A stretch of DNA of 64,000 bases, taken from Eledone cirrhosa. Taxonomy: Eukaryota. The DNA lies in contig OZ024745.1 in assembly GCA_964016885.1 (NCBI GenBank), forward strand, positions 2,790,001 to 2,854,000. The letters are read 5' to 3'. Below are positions 1-14,414 of this stretch, piece by piece. Within the stretch, counting starts at the first letter, position 1, and every line of letters begins with the position of its first letter. Under the pieces are notes generated by a model. The model was not told where the DNA came from, did not search any database, and saw only the letters and a list, made by a program, of their open reading frames with translations. A program made the translations under genes and the position numbers.

Positions 1-10
1 GGTAGAACCA

Positions 11-28
11 GTTATATAATTATATAAC
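11..28. repeat. Perfect 18-bp palindrome GTTATATAATTATATAAC (first instance; present in essentially every monomer)
   Basis: The sequence equals its own reverse complement and recurs about every 45 bp. The commonest variant is GTGATATAATTATATAAC. Confidence 0.98.
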
Positions 29-3000
29 AGTGTTGGTGGTTGTATGGTAGAACCAGTTATATAATTATATAACAGTGTTGGTGGTTGTATGGTAGAACCA
101 GTGATATAATTATATAACAGTGTTGGTGGTTGTATGGTAGAACCAGTTATATAATTATATAACAGTTGGTGGTTGTATGGTAGAAGCAGTGATATAATTA
201 TATAACAGTGTTGGTGGTTGTATGGTAGAACCAGTTACATAATTATATAACAGTGTTGGTGGTTGTATGGTAGAACCAGTTATATAATTATATAACAGTT
301 GGTGGTTGTATGGTAGAACCAGTGATATAATTATATAACAGTGTTGGTGGCTGTATGGTAGAACCAGTTATATAATTATATTACAGTTGGTGGTTGTATA
401 GTAGAACCAATGATATAATTATATAACAGTGTTGGTGGTTGTATGGTAGAACCAGTGATATAATTATATAACAGTGTTGGCGGTTGTATGGTAGAACCAG
501 TTATATAATTATATAACAGTGTTGGTGGTTGTATGGTAGAACCAGTTATATAATTATATAACAGTTGGTGGTTGTATGGTAGAACCAGTTATATAATTAT
601 ATCACAGTGTTGTTGGTTGTATGGTAGAACCAGTGATATAATTATATAACAGTGTTGGTGGTTGTATGGTAGAACCAGTTATATAATTATATAACAGTTG
701 GTGGTTGTATGGTAGAACCAGTGATATAATTATATAACAGTGTTGGTGGTTGTATGGTAGAACCAGTTATATAATTATATAACAGTGTTGGTGGTTGTAT
801 GGTAGAACCAGTTATATAATTATATAACAGTGTTGGTGGTTGTATGGTAGAACCAGTGATATAATTATATAACAGTGTTGGTGGTGGTATGGTAGAACCA
901 GTTATATAATTATATAACAGTGTTGGTGGTGGTATGGTAGAACCAGTTATATAATTATATAACAGTGTTGGTGGTTGTGTGGTAGAACCGCTGGTTATAT
1001 AATTATATAACAGTGTTGGTGGTTGTATGGTAGAACCAGTTATATAATTATATAACAGTGTTGGTGGTTGTATGGTAGAACCAGTTATATAATTATATAA
1101 CAGTGTTGGTGGTTGTATGGTAGAACCACTGTTTATATAATTATATAACAGTGTTGGCGGTTGTATGGTAGAACCAGTTATATAATTATATAACAGTGTT
1201 GGAGGTTGTATGGTAGAACGAGTTATATACTTATATAACAGTGTTGGTGGTTGTATGGTAGAACGAGTTATATAATTATATAACAGTGTTGGTGGTTGTA
1301 TGGTAGAACCAGTTATATAATTATATAACAGTGTTGGTGGTTGTATGGTAGAACGAGTTATATAATTATATAACAGTGTTGGTGGTTGTATGGTAGAACG
1401 AGTTATATAATTATATAACAGTGTTGGTGGTTGTATGGTAGAACCAGTTATATAATTATATAACAGTGTTGGTGGTTGTATGGTAGAACCACTGGTTATA
1501 TAATTATATAACAGTGTTGGCGGTTGTATGGTAGAACCAGTTATATAATTATATAAAAGTGTTAGTGGTTGTATGGTAGAACGAGTTATATAATTATATA
1601 ACAGTGTTGGTGGTTGTATGGTAGAACCAGTTATATAATTATATAACAGTGTTGGGGGCTGTATGGTAGAACCACTGGTTATATAATTATATAACAGTGT
1701 TGGCGGTTGTATGGTAGAACCAGCTATATAATTATATAACAGTTGGTGGTAGTTGTATGGTAGAACCAGTGATATAATTATATAACAGTGTTGGTGGTTG
1801 TATGCTAGAACCAGTTATATAATTATATAACAGTGTTGGTGGTTGTATGGTAGAACCAGTTATATAATTATATAACAGTGATGGTGGTTGTATGGTAGAA
1901 ACAGTTATATAATTATATAACAGTGTTGGTGGTGGTATGGTAGAACCAGTTATATAATTATATAACAGTGTTGGTGGTGGTATGGTAGAACCAGTTATAT
2001 AATTATATAACAGTGTTGCTGGTTGTATGGTAGAACCAGTGATATAATTATATAACAGTGTTGGTGGTGGTATGGTAGAACCAGTTATATAATTATATAA
2101 CAGTGTTGGTGGTTGTATGGTAGAACCAGTTATATAATTATATAACAGTGTTGGTGGTTGTATGGTAGAACCACTGGTTATATAATTATATAACAGTGTT
2201 GGTGGTTGTATGGTAGAACGAGTTATATAATTATATAACAGTGTTGGTGGTTGTATGGTAGAATCAGTTATATAATTATATAACAGTGTTGGTGGTTGTA
2301 TGGTAGAAACAGTTATATAATTATATAACAGAGTTGGCGGTTGTATGGCAGAACCACTTATATAATTATATAACAGTGTTGGTGGTTGTATGGTAGAACC
2401 AGTTATATAATTATATAACAGTGTTGGCGGTTGTATGGTAGAACCAGTTATATAATTATATAACAGTGTTGGTGGTTGTATGGTAGAACCAGTTATATAA
2501 TTATATAACAGTGTTGGTGGTTGTATGGTAGAACGAGTTATATAATTATATAACAGTGTTGGTGGTTGTATGGTAGAACCAGTTATATAATTATATAACA
2601 GTGTTGGTGGTTGTATGGTAGAACCAGTTATATAATTATATAACAGTGTTGGTGGTTGTATGGTAGAACCAGTGATATAATTATATAACAGTGTTGGTGG
2701 TTGTATGGTAGAACCAGTTATATAATTATATAACAGTTGGTGGTTGTATGGTAGAACCAGTGATATAATTATATAACAGTGTTGGTGGTTGTATGGTAGA
2801 ACCAGTTACATAATTATATAACAGTGTTGGTGGTTGTATGGTAGAACCAGTTATATAATTATATAACAGTTGGTGGTTGTATGGTAGAACCAGTGATATA
2901 ATTATATAACAGTGTTGGTGGTTGTATGGTAGAACCAGTGATATAATTATATAACAGTGTTGGTGGTTGTATGGTAGAACCAGTTATATAATTATATAAC

Positions 3001-6000
3001 AGTTGGTGGTTGTATGGTAGAACCAGTGATATAATTATATAACAGTGTTGGTGGCTGTATGGTAGAACCAGTTATATAATTATATAACAGTGTTGGTGGT
3101 TGTATGGTAGAACCAGTGATATAATTATATAACAGTGTTGGTGGTTGTATGGTAGAACCAGTTATATAATTATATAACAGTTGGTGGTTGTATGGTAGAA
3201 CCAGTTATATAATTATATAACAGTGTTGGTGGTTGTATGGTAGAACGAGTTATATAATCATATAACAGTGTTGGTGGTTGTATGGTAGAACGAGTTATAT
3301 AATTATATAACAGTGTTGGTGGTTGTATGGTAGAACCAGTTATATAATTATATAACAGTGTTGGTGGTTGTATGGTAGAACCAGTTATATAATTATATAA
3401 CAGTGTTGGTGGTTGTATGGTAGAACGAGTTATATAATTATATAACAGTGTTGGTGGTTTTATGGTAGAACGAGTTATATAATTATATAACAGTGTTGGT
3501 GGTTGTATGGTAGAACCAGTTATATAATTATATAACAGTGTTGGTGGTTGTATGGTAGAACCAGTTATATAATTATATAACAGTGTTGGCGGTTGTATGG
3601 TAGAACCACTTATATAATTATATAACAGTGTTGGTGGTTGTATGGTAGAACCAGTTATATAATTATATAACAGTGTTGGCGGTTGTATGGTAGAACCAGT
3701 TATATAATTATATAACAGTGTTGGTGGTTGTATGGTAGAACCAGTTATATAATTATATAACAGTGTTGGTGGTTGTATGGTAGAATGAGTTATATAATTA
3801 TATAACAGTGTTGGTGGTTGTATGGTAGAACCAGTTATATAATTATATAACAGTGTTGGTGGTTGTATGGTAGAACCAGTGATATAATTATATAACAGTG
3901 TTGGTGGTTGTATGGTAGAACCAGTTATATAATTATATAACAGTTGGTGGTTGTATGGTAGAACCAGTGATCTAATAATATAACAGTGTTGGTGGCTGTA
4001 TGGTAGAACCAGTTATATAATTATATTACAGTTGGTGGTTGTATAGTAGAACCAGTGATATAATTATATAACAGTGTTGGTGGTTGTATGGTAGAACCAG
4101 TGATATAATTATATAACAGTGTTGGCGGTTGTATGGTAGAACCAGTTATATAATTATATAACAGTGTTGGTGGTTGTATGGTAGAACCAGTTATATAATT
4201 ATATAACAGTTGGTGGTTGTATGGTAGAACCAGTTATATAATTATATCACAGTGTTGTTGGTTGTATGGTAGAACCAGTGATATAATTATATAACAGTGT
4301 TGGTGGTTGTATGGTAGAACCAGTTATATAATTATATAACAGTTGGTGGTTGTATGGTAGAACCAGTGATATAATTATATAACAGTGTTGGTGGTTGTAT
4401 GGTAGAACCAGTTATATAATTATATAACAGTGTTGGTGGTTGTATGGTAGAACCAGTTATATAATTATATAACAGTGTTGGTGGTTGTATGGTAGAACCA
4501 GTGATATAATTATATAACAGTGTTGGTGGTGGTATGGTAGAACCAGTTATATAATTATATAACAGTGTTGGTGGTGGTATGGTAGAACCAGTTATATAAT
4601 TATATAACAGTGTTGGTGGTTGTGTGGTAGAACCGCTGGTTATATAATTATATAACAGTGTTGGTGGTTGTATGGTAGAACCAGTTATATAATTATATAA
4701 CAGTGTTGGTGGTTGTATGGTAGAACCAGTGATATAATTATATAACAGTGTTGGTGGTGGTATGGTAGAACCAGTTATATAATTATATAACAGTGTTGGT
4801 GGTGGTATGGTAGAACCAGTTATATAATTATATAACAGTGTTGGTGGTTGTATGGTAGAACCAGTGATATAATTATATAACAGTGTTGGTGGTGGTATGG
4901 TAGAACCAGTTATATAATTATATAACAGTGTTGGTGGTTGTATGGTAGAACCAGTTATATAATTATATAACAGTGTTGGTGGTTGTATGGTAGAACCACT
5001 GGTTATATAATTATATAACAGTGTTGGTGGTTGTATGGTAGAACCAGTTATATAATTATATGACAGTTGGTGGTTGTATGGTAGAACCAGTTATATAATT
5101 ATATAACAGTTTTGGTGGTTTTATGGTAGAACGAGTTATATAATTATATAACAGTGTTGGTGGTTGTATGGTAGAACGAGTTATATAATTATATAACAGT
5201 GTTGTTGGTTGTATGGTAGAACCAGTTATATAATTAGATAACAGTGTTGGCGGTTGTATGGTACAACCAGTTATATAATTATATAACAGTGTTGGCGGTT
5301 GTATGGTAGAACCAGTTATATAATTATATAACAGTGTTGGTGGTTGTATGGTAGAACCAGTTATATAATTATATAACAGTGTTGGTGGTTGTATGGTAGA
5401 ACCAGTTATATAATTATATAACAGTGTTGGTGGTTGTATGGTAGAACCAGTTATATAATCATATAACAGTGTTGGTGGTTGTATGGTAGAACCAGTTATA
5501 TAATTATATAACAGTGTTGGTGGTTGTATGGTAGAACCAGTTATATAATTATATAACAGTGTTGGCGGTTGTATGGTAGAACCAGTTATATAATTATATA
5601 ACAGTGTTGGCGGTTGTATGGTAGAACCAGTTATATAATTACATAACAGTGTTGGTGGTTGTATGGTAGAACCAGTTATATAAGTATATAACAGTGTTGG
5701 CGGTTGTATGGTAGAACCACTTATATAATTATATAACAGTGTTGGTGGTTGTATGGTAGAACCAGTTATATAATTATATAACAGTGTTGGCGGTTGTATG
5801 GTAGAACCAATTATATAATTATATAACAGTGTTGGTGGTTGTATGGTAGAACCAGTTATATAATTATATAACAGTGTTGGTGGTTGTATGGTAGAACGAG
5901 TTATATAATTATATAACAGTGTTGGTGGTTGTATGGTAGAACCAGTTATATAATTATATAACAGTGTTGGTGGTTGTATGGTAGAACCAGTGATATAATT

Positions 6001-7389
6001 ATATAACAGTGTTGGTGGTTGTATGGTAGAACCAGTTATATAATTATATAACAGTTGGTGGTTGTATGGTAGAACCAGTGATATAATTATATAACAGTGT
6101 TGGTGGTTGTATGGTAGAACCAGTTATATAATTATATAACAGTGTTGGTGGTTGTATGGTAGAACCAGTTATATAATTATATAACAGTTGGTGGTTGTAT
6201 GGTAGAACCAGTTATATAATTATATAACAGTGTTGGTGGTTGTATGGTAGAACCAGTTATATAATTATATAACAGTGTTGGTGGTTGTATGGTAGAACCA
6301 GAGATATAATTATATAACAGTGTTGGTGGTTGTATGGTAGAACCAGTTATATAATTATATAACAGTTGGTGGTTGTATGGTAGAACCAGTGATATAATTA
6401 TATAACAGTGTTGGTGGTTGTATGGTAGAACCAGTTACATAATTATATAACAGTGTTGGTGGTTGTATGGTAGAACCAGTTATATAATTATATAACAGTT
6501 GGTGGTTGTATGGTAGAACCAGTGATATAATTATATAACAGTGTTGGTGGTTGTATGGTAGAACCAGTGATATAATTATATAACAGTGTTGGTGGTTGTA
6601 TGGTAGAACCAGTTATATAATTATATAACAGTTGGTGGTTGTATGGTAGAACCAGTGATATAATTATATAACAGTGTTGGTGGCTGTATGGTAGAACCAG
6701 TTATATAATTATATAACAGTGTTGGTGGTTGTATGGTAGAACCAGTTATATAAATATATAACAGTGTTGGTGGTTGTATGGTAGAACCAGTGATATAATT
6801 ATATAACAGTGTTGGTGGTGGTATGGTAGAACCAGTTATATAATTATATAACAGTATTGGTGGTGGTATGGTAGAACCAGTTATATAATTATATAACAGT
6901 GTTGGTGGTTGTATGGTAGAACCAGTTATATAATTATATAACAGTGTTGGTGGTTGTATGGTAGAACCAGTGATATAATTATATAACAGTGTTGGTGGTG
7001 GTATGGTAGAACCAGTTATATAATTATATAACAGTGTTGGTGGTGGTATGGTAGAACCAGTTATATAATTATATAACAGTGTTGGTGGTTGTATGGTAGA
7101 ACCAGTGATATAATTATATAACAGTGTTGGTGGTGGTATGGTAGAACCAGTTATATAATTATATAACAGTGTTGGTGGTTGTATGGTAGAACCAGTTATA
7201 TAATTATATAACAGTGTTGGTGGTTGTATGGTAGAACCACTGGTTATATAATTATATAACAGTGTTGGTGGTTGTATGGTAGAACCAGTTATATAATTAT
7301 ATAACAGTTGGTGGTTGTATGGTAGAACCAGTTATATAATTATATAACAGTGTTGGTGGTTGTATGGTAGAACGAGTTATATAATCATA

Positions 7390-10300
7390 TAACAGTGTTG
7401 GTGGTTGTATGGTAGAACGAGTTATATAATTATATAACAGTGTTGGTGGTTGTATGGTAGAACCAGTTATATAATTATATAACAGTGTTGGTGGTTGTAT
7501 GGTAGAACCAGTTATATAATTATATAACAGTGTTGGTGGTTGTATGGTAGAACGAGTTATATAATTATATAACAGTGTTGGTGGTTTTATGGTAGAACGA
7601 GTTATATAATTATATAACAGTGTTGGTGGTTGTATGGTAGAACCAGTTATATAATTATATAACAGTGTTGGTGGTTGTATGGTAGAACCAGTTATATAAT
7701 TATATAACAGTGTTGGCGGTTGTATGGTAGAACCACTTATATAATTATATAACAGTGTTGGTGGTTGTATGGTAGAACCAGTTATATAATTATATAACAG
7801 TGTTGGCGGTTGTATGGTAGAACCAGTTATATAATTATATAACAGTGTTGGTGGTTGTATGGTAGAACCAGTTATATAATTATATAACAGTGTTGGTGGT
7901 TGTATGGTAGAACGAGTTATATAATTATATAACAGTGTTGGTGGTTGTATGGTAGAACCAGTTATATAATTATATAACAGTGTTGGTGGTTGTATGGTAG
8001 AACCAGTGATATAATTATATAACAGTGTTGGTGGTTGTATGGTAGAACCAGTTATATAATTATATAACAGTTGGTGGTTGTATGGTAGAACCAGTGATAT
8101 AATTATATAACAGTGTTGGTGGTTGTATGGTAGAACCAGTTACATAATTATATAACAGTGTTGGTGGTTGTATGGTAGAACCAGTTATATAATTATATAA
8201 CAGTTGGTGGTTGTATGGTAGAACCAGTGATATAATTATATAACAGTGTTGGTGGCTGTATGGTAGAACCAGTTATATAATTATATTACAGTTGGTGGTT
8301 GTATAGTAGAACCAGTGATATAATTATATAACAGTGTTGGTGGTTGTATGGTAGAACCAGTGATATAATTATATAACAGTGTTGGCGGTTGTATGGTAGA
8401 ACCAGTTATATAATTATATAACAGTGTTGGTGGTTGTATGGTAGAACCAGTTATATAATTATATAACAGTTGGTGGTTGTATGGTAGAACCAGTTATATA
8501 ATTATATCACAGTGTTGTTGGTTGTATGGTAGAACCAGTGATATAATTATATAACAGTGTTGGTGGTTGTATGGTAGAACCAGTTATATAATTATATAAC
8601 AGTTGGTGGTTGTATGGTAGAACCAGTGATATAATTATATAACAGTGTTGGTGGTTGTATGGTAGAACCAGTTATATAATTATATAACAGTGTTGGTGGT
8701 TGTATGGTAGAACCAGTTATATAATTATATAATAGTGTTGGTGGATGTATGGTAGAACCAGTGATATAATTATATAACAGTGTTGGTGGTGGTATGGTAG
8801 AACCAGTTATATAATTATATAACAGTGTTGGTGGTGGTATGGTAGAACCAGTTATATAATTATATAACAGTGTTGGTGGTTGTGTGGTAGAACCGCTGGT
8901 TATATAATTACATAACAGTGTTGGTGGTTGTATGGTAGAACCAGTTATATAATTATATAACAGTGTTGGTGGTTGTATGGTAGAACCATTGATATAATTA
9001 TATAACAGTGTTGGTGGTGGTATGGTAGAACCAGTTATATAATTATATAACAGTGTTGGTGGTGGTATGGTAGAACCAGTTATATAATTATATAACAGTG
9101 TTGGTGGTTGTATGGTAGAACCAGTGATATAATTATATAACAGTGTTGGTGGTGGTATGGTAGAACCAGTTATATAATTATATAACAGTGTTGGTGGTTG
9201 TATGGTACAACCAGTTATATAATTATATAACAGTGTTGGTGGTTGTATGGTAGAACCACTGGTTATATAATTATATAACAGTGTTGGTGGTTGTATGGTA
9301 GAACCAGTTATATAATTATATGACAGTTGGTGGTTGTATGGTAGAACCAGTTATATAATTATATAACAGTGTTGGTGGTTTTATGGTAGAACGAGTTATA
9401 TAATTATATAACAGTGTTGGTGGTTGTATGGTAGAACGAGTTATATAATTATATAACAGTGTTGTTGGTTGTATGGTAGAACCAGTTATATAATTATATA
9501 ACAGTGTTGGTGGTTGTATGGTACAACCAGTTATATAATTATATAACAGTGTTGGCGGTTGTATGGTAGAACCAGTTATATAATTATATAACAGTGTTGG
9601 TGGTTGTATGGTAGAACCAGTTATATAATTATATAACAGTGTTGGTGGTTGTATGGTAGAACCAGTTATATAATTATATAACAGTGTTGGTGGTTGTATG
9701 GTAGAACCAGTTATATAATTATATAACAGTGTTGGTGGTTGTATGGTAGAACCAGTTATATAATTATATAACAGTGTTGGTGGTTGTATGGTAGAACCAG
9801 TTATATAATTATATAACAGTTTTGGCGGTTGTATGGTAGAACCAGTTATATAATTATATAACAGTGTTGGCGGTTGTATGGTAGAACCAGTTATATAATT
9901 ACATAACAGTGTTGGTGGTTGTATGGTAGAACCAGTTATATAATTATATAACAGTGTTGGCGGTTGTATGGTAGAACCACTTATATAATTATATAACAGT
10001 GTTGGTGGTTGTATGGTAGAACCAGTTATATAATTATATAACAGTGTTGGCGGTTGTATGGTAGAACCAATTATATAATTATATAACAGTGTTGGTGGTT
10101 GTATGGTAGAACGAGTTATATAATTATATAACAGTGTTGGTGGTTGTATGGTAGAACCAGTTATATAATTATATAACAGTGTTGGTGGTTGTATGGTAGA
10201 ACCAGTTATATAATTATATAACAGTGTTGGTGGTTGTATGGTAGAACGAGTTATATAATTATATAACAGTGTTGGTGGTTTTATGGTAGAACGAGTTATA

Positions 10301-12800
10301 TAATTATATAACAGTGTTGGTGGTTGTATGGTAGAACCAGTTATATAATTATATAACAGTGTTGGTGGTTGTATGGTAGAACCAGTTATATAATTATATA
10401 ACAGTGTTGGCGGTTGTATGGTAGAACCACTTATATAATTATATAACAGTGTTGGTGGTTGTATGGTAGAACCAGTTATATAATTATATAACAGTGTTGG
10501 CGGTTGTATGGTAGAACCAGTTATATAATTATATAACAGTGTTGGTGGTTGTATGGTAGAACCAGTTATATAATTATATAACAGTGTTGGTGGTTGTATG
10601 GTAGAACGAGTTATATAATTATATAACAGTGTTGGTGGTTGTATGGTAGAACCAGTTATATAATTATATAACAGTGTTGGTGGTTGTATGGTAGAACCAG
10701 TGATATAATTATATAACAGTGTTGGTGGTTGTATGGTAGAACCAGTTATATAATTATATAACAGTTGGTGGTTGTATGGTAGAACCAGTGATATAATTAT
10801 ATAACAGTGTTGGTGGTTGTATGGTAGAACCAGTTACATAATTATATAACAGTGTTGGTGGTTGTATGGTAGAACCAGTTATATAATTATATAACAGTTG
10901 GTGGTTGTATGGTAGAACCAGTGATATAATTATATAACAGTGTTGGTGGCTGTATGGTAGAACCAGTTATATAATTATATTACAGTTGGTGGTTGTATAG
11001 TAGAACCAGTGATATAATTATATAACAGTGTTGGTGGTTGTATGGTAGAACCAGTGATATAATTATATAACAGTGTTGGCGGTTGTATGGTAGAACCAGT
11101 TATATAATTATATAACAGTGTTGGTGGTTGTATGGTAGAACCAGTTATATAATTATATAACAGTTGGTGGTTGTATGGTAGAACCAGTTATATAATTATA
11201 TCACAGTGTTGTTGGTTGTATGGTAGAACCAGTGATATAATTATATAACAGTGTTGGTGGTTGTATGGTAGAACCAGTTATATAATTATATAACAGTTGG
11301 TGGTTGTATGGTAGAACCAGTGATATAATTATATAACAGTGTTGGTGGTTGTATGGTAGAACCAGTTATATAATTATATAACAGTGTTGGTGGTTGTATG
11401 GTAGAACCAGTTATATAATTATATAATAGTGTTGGTGGATGTATGGTAGAACCAGTGATATAATTATATAACAGTGTTGGTGGTGGTATGGTAGAACCAG
11501 TTATATAATTATATAACAGTGTTGGTGGTGGTATGGTAGAACCAGTTATATAATTATATAACAGTGTTGGTGGTTGTGTGGTAGAACCGCTGGTTATATA
11601 ATTACATAACAGTGTTGGTGGTTGTATGGTAGAACCAGTTATATAATTATATAACAGTGTTGGTGGTTGTATGGTAGAACCATTGATATAATTATATAAC
11701 AGTGTTGGTGGTGGTATGGTAGAACCAGTTATATAATTATATAACAGTGTTGGTGGTGGTATGGTAGAACCAGTTATATAATTATATAACAGTGTTGGTG
11801 GTTGTATGGTAGAACCAGTGATATAATTAAATAACAGTGTTGGTGGTGGTATGGTAGAACCAGTTATATAATTATATAACAGTGTTGGTGGTTGTATGGT
11901 ACAACCAGTTATATAATTATATAACAGTGTTGGTGGTTGTATGGTAGAACCACTGGTTATATAATTATATAACAGTGTTGGTGGTTGTATGGTAGAACCA
12001 GTTATATAATTATATGACAGTTGGTGGTTGTATGGTAGAACCAGTTATATAATTATATAACAGTGTTGGTGGTTTTATGGTAGAACGAGTTATATAATTA
12101 TATAACAGTGTTGGTGGTTGTATGGTAGAACGAGTTATATAATTATATAACAGTGTTGTTGGTTGTATGGTAGAACCAGTTATATAATTATATAACAGTG
12201 TTGGTGGTTGTATGGTACAACCAGTTATATAATTATATAACAGTGTTGGCGGTTGTATGGTAGAACCAGTTATATAATTATATAACAGTGTTGGTGGTTG
12301 TATGGTAGAACCAGTTATATAATTATATAACAGTGTTGGTGGTTGTATGGTAGAACCAGTTATATAATTATATAACAGTGTTGGTGGTTGTATGGTAGAA
12401 CCAGTTATATAATTATATAACAGTGTTGGTGGTTGTATGGTAGAACCAGTTATATAATTATATAACAGTGTTGGTGGTTGTATGGTAGAACCAGTTATAT
12501 AATTATATAACAGTTTTGGCGGTTGTATGGTAGAACCAGTTATATAATTATATAACAGTGTTGGCGGTTGTATGGTAGAACCAGTTATATAATTACATAA
12601 CAGTGTTGGTGGTTGTATGGTAGAACCAGTTATATAATTATATAACAGTGTTGGCGGTTGTATGGTAGAACCACTTATATAATTATATAACAGTGTTGGT
12701 GGTTGTATGGTAGAACCAGTTATATAATTATATAACAGTGTTGGCGGTTGTATGGTAGAACCAATTATATAATTATATAACAGTGTTGGTGGTTGTATGG
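7390..12800 (+). repeat. Higher-order tandem duplication, period 2,694 bp (about 60 monomers)
   Basis: Rare markers recur at the same offset: TTACAG at 8286/10980 and AATAGTGTTGGTGGATG at 8731/11425. Boundaries are approximate. Confidence 0.88.
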
Positions 12801-14414
12801 TAGAACCAGTTATATAATTATATAACAGTGTTGGTGGTTGTATGGTAGAACGAGTTATATAATTATATAACAGTGTTGGTGGTTGTATGGTAGAACCAGT
12901 TATATAATTATATAACAGTGTTGGTGGTTGTATGGTAGAACCAGTGATATAATTATATAACAGTGTTGGTGGTTGTATGGTAGAACCAGTTATATAATTA
13001 TATAACAGTTGGTGGTTGTATGGTAGAACCAGTGATATAATTATATAACAGTGTTGGTGGTTGTATGGTAGAACCAGTTATATAATTATATAACAGTGTT
13101 GGTGGTTGTATGGTAGAACCAGTTATATAATTATATAACAGTTGGTGGTTGTATGGTAGAACCAGTGATATAATTATATAACAGTGTTGGTGGCTGTATG
13201 GTAGAACCAGTTATATAATTATATAACAGTTGGTGGTTGTATGGTAGAACCAGTGATATAATTATATAACAGTGTTGGTGGTTGTATGGTAGAACCCGTG
13301 ATATAATTATATAACAGTGTTGGCGGTTGTATGGTAGAACCAGTTATATAATTATATAACAGTGTTGGTGGTTGTATGGTAGAACCAGTTATATAATTAT
13401 ATAACAGTTGGTGGTCGTATGGTAGAACCAGTTATATAATTATATAACAGTGTTGGTGGTTGTATGGTAGAACCAGTGATATAATTATATAACAGTGTTG
13501 GTGGTTGTATGGTAGAACCAGTTATATAATTATATAACAGTGTTGGTGGTTGTATGGTAGAACCAGTTATATAATTATATAACAGTGTTGGTGGTTGTAT
13601 GGTAGAACCAGTGATATAATTATATAACAGTGTTGGTGGTGGTATGGTAGAACCAGTTATATAATTATATAACAGTGTTGGTGGTTGTATGGTAGAACCA
13701 CTGGTTATATAATTATATAACAGTGTTGGTGGTTGTATGGTAGAACCAGTTATATAATTATATAACAGTGTTGGTGGTTGTATGGTAGAACCAGTGATAT
13801 TATTATATAACAGTGTTGGTGGTGGTATGGTAGAACCAGTTATATAATTATATAACAGTGTTGGTGGTGGTATGGTAGAACCAGTTATATAATTATATAA
13901 CAGTGTTGGTGGTTGTATGGTAGAACCAGTGATATAATTATATAACAGTGTTGGTGGTGGTATGGTAGAACCAGTTATATAATTATATAACAGTGTTGGT
14001 GGTTGTATGGTAGAACCAGTTATATAATTATATAACAGTGTTGGTGGTTGTATGGTAGAACCACTGGTTATATAATTATATAACAGTGTTGGTGGTTGTA
14101 TGGTAGAACCAGTTATATAATTATATAACAGTTGGTGGTTGTATGGTAGAACCAGTTATATAATTATATAACAGTGTTGGTGGTTTTATGGTAGAACGAG
14201 TTATATAACTATATAACAGTGTTGGTGGTTGTATGGTAGAACGAGTTATATAATTATATAACAGTGTTGGTGGTTGTATGGTAGAACCAGTTATATAATT
14301 ATATAACAGTGTTGGTGGTTGTATGGTACAACCAGTTATATAATTATATAACAGTGTTGGCGGTTGTATGGTAGAACCAATTATATAATTATATAACAGT
14401 GTTGGTGGTTGTAT

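Noticed and set aside
11-28. TATA box or bacterial -10 (TATAAT) promoter elements
   Set aside because: The motifs are inevitable within the AT-rich dyad and are repeated about 1,400 times, with no downstream gene or supporting element.
11-28. Site-specific recombinase, protelomerase or integron attC-like site (GTT...AAC ends)
   Set aside because: The resemblance is superficial. There is no asymmetric spacer, no cassettes and no recombinase gene, and it does not match loxP, dif or tel sites that I can recognise.
29-50. Canonical telomerase-type telomeric repeat or Chi site
   Set aside because: There are no TTAGGG/TTAGG-type units and I saw no GCTGGTGG. The kb-scale duplication hierarchy indicates recombinational rather than telomerase-templated origin.
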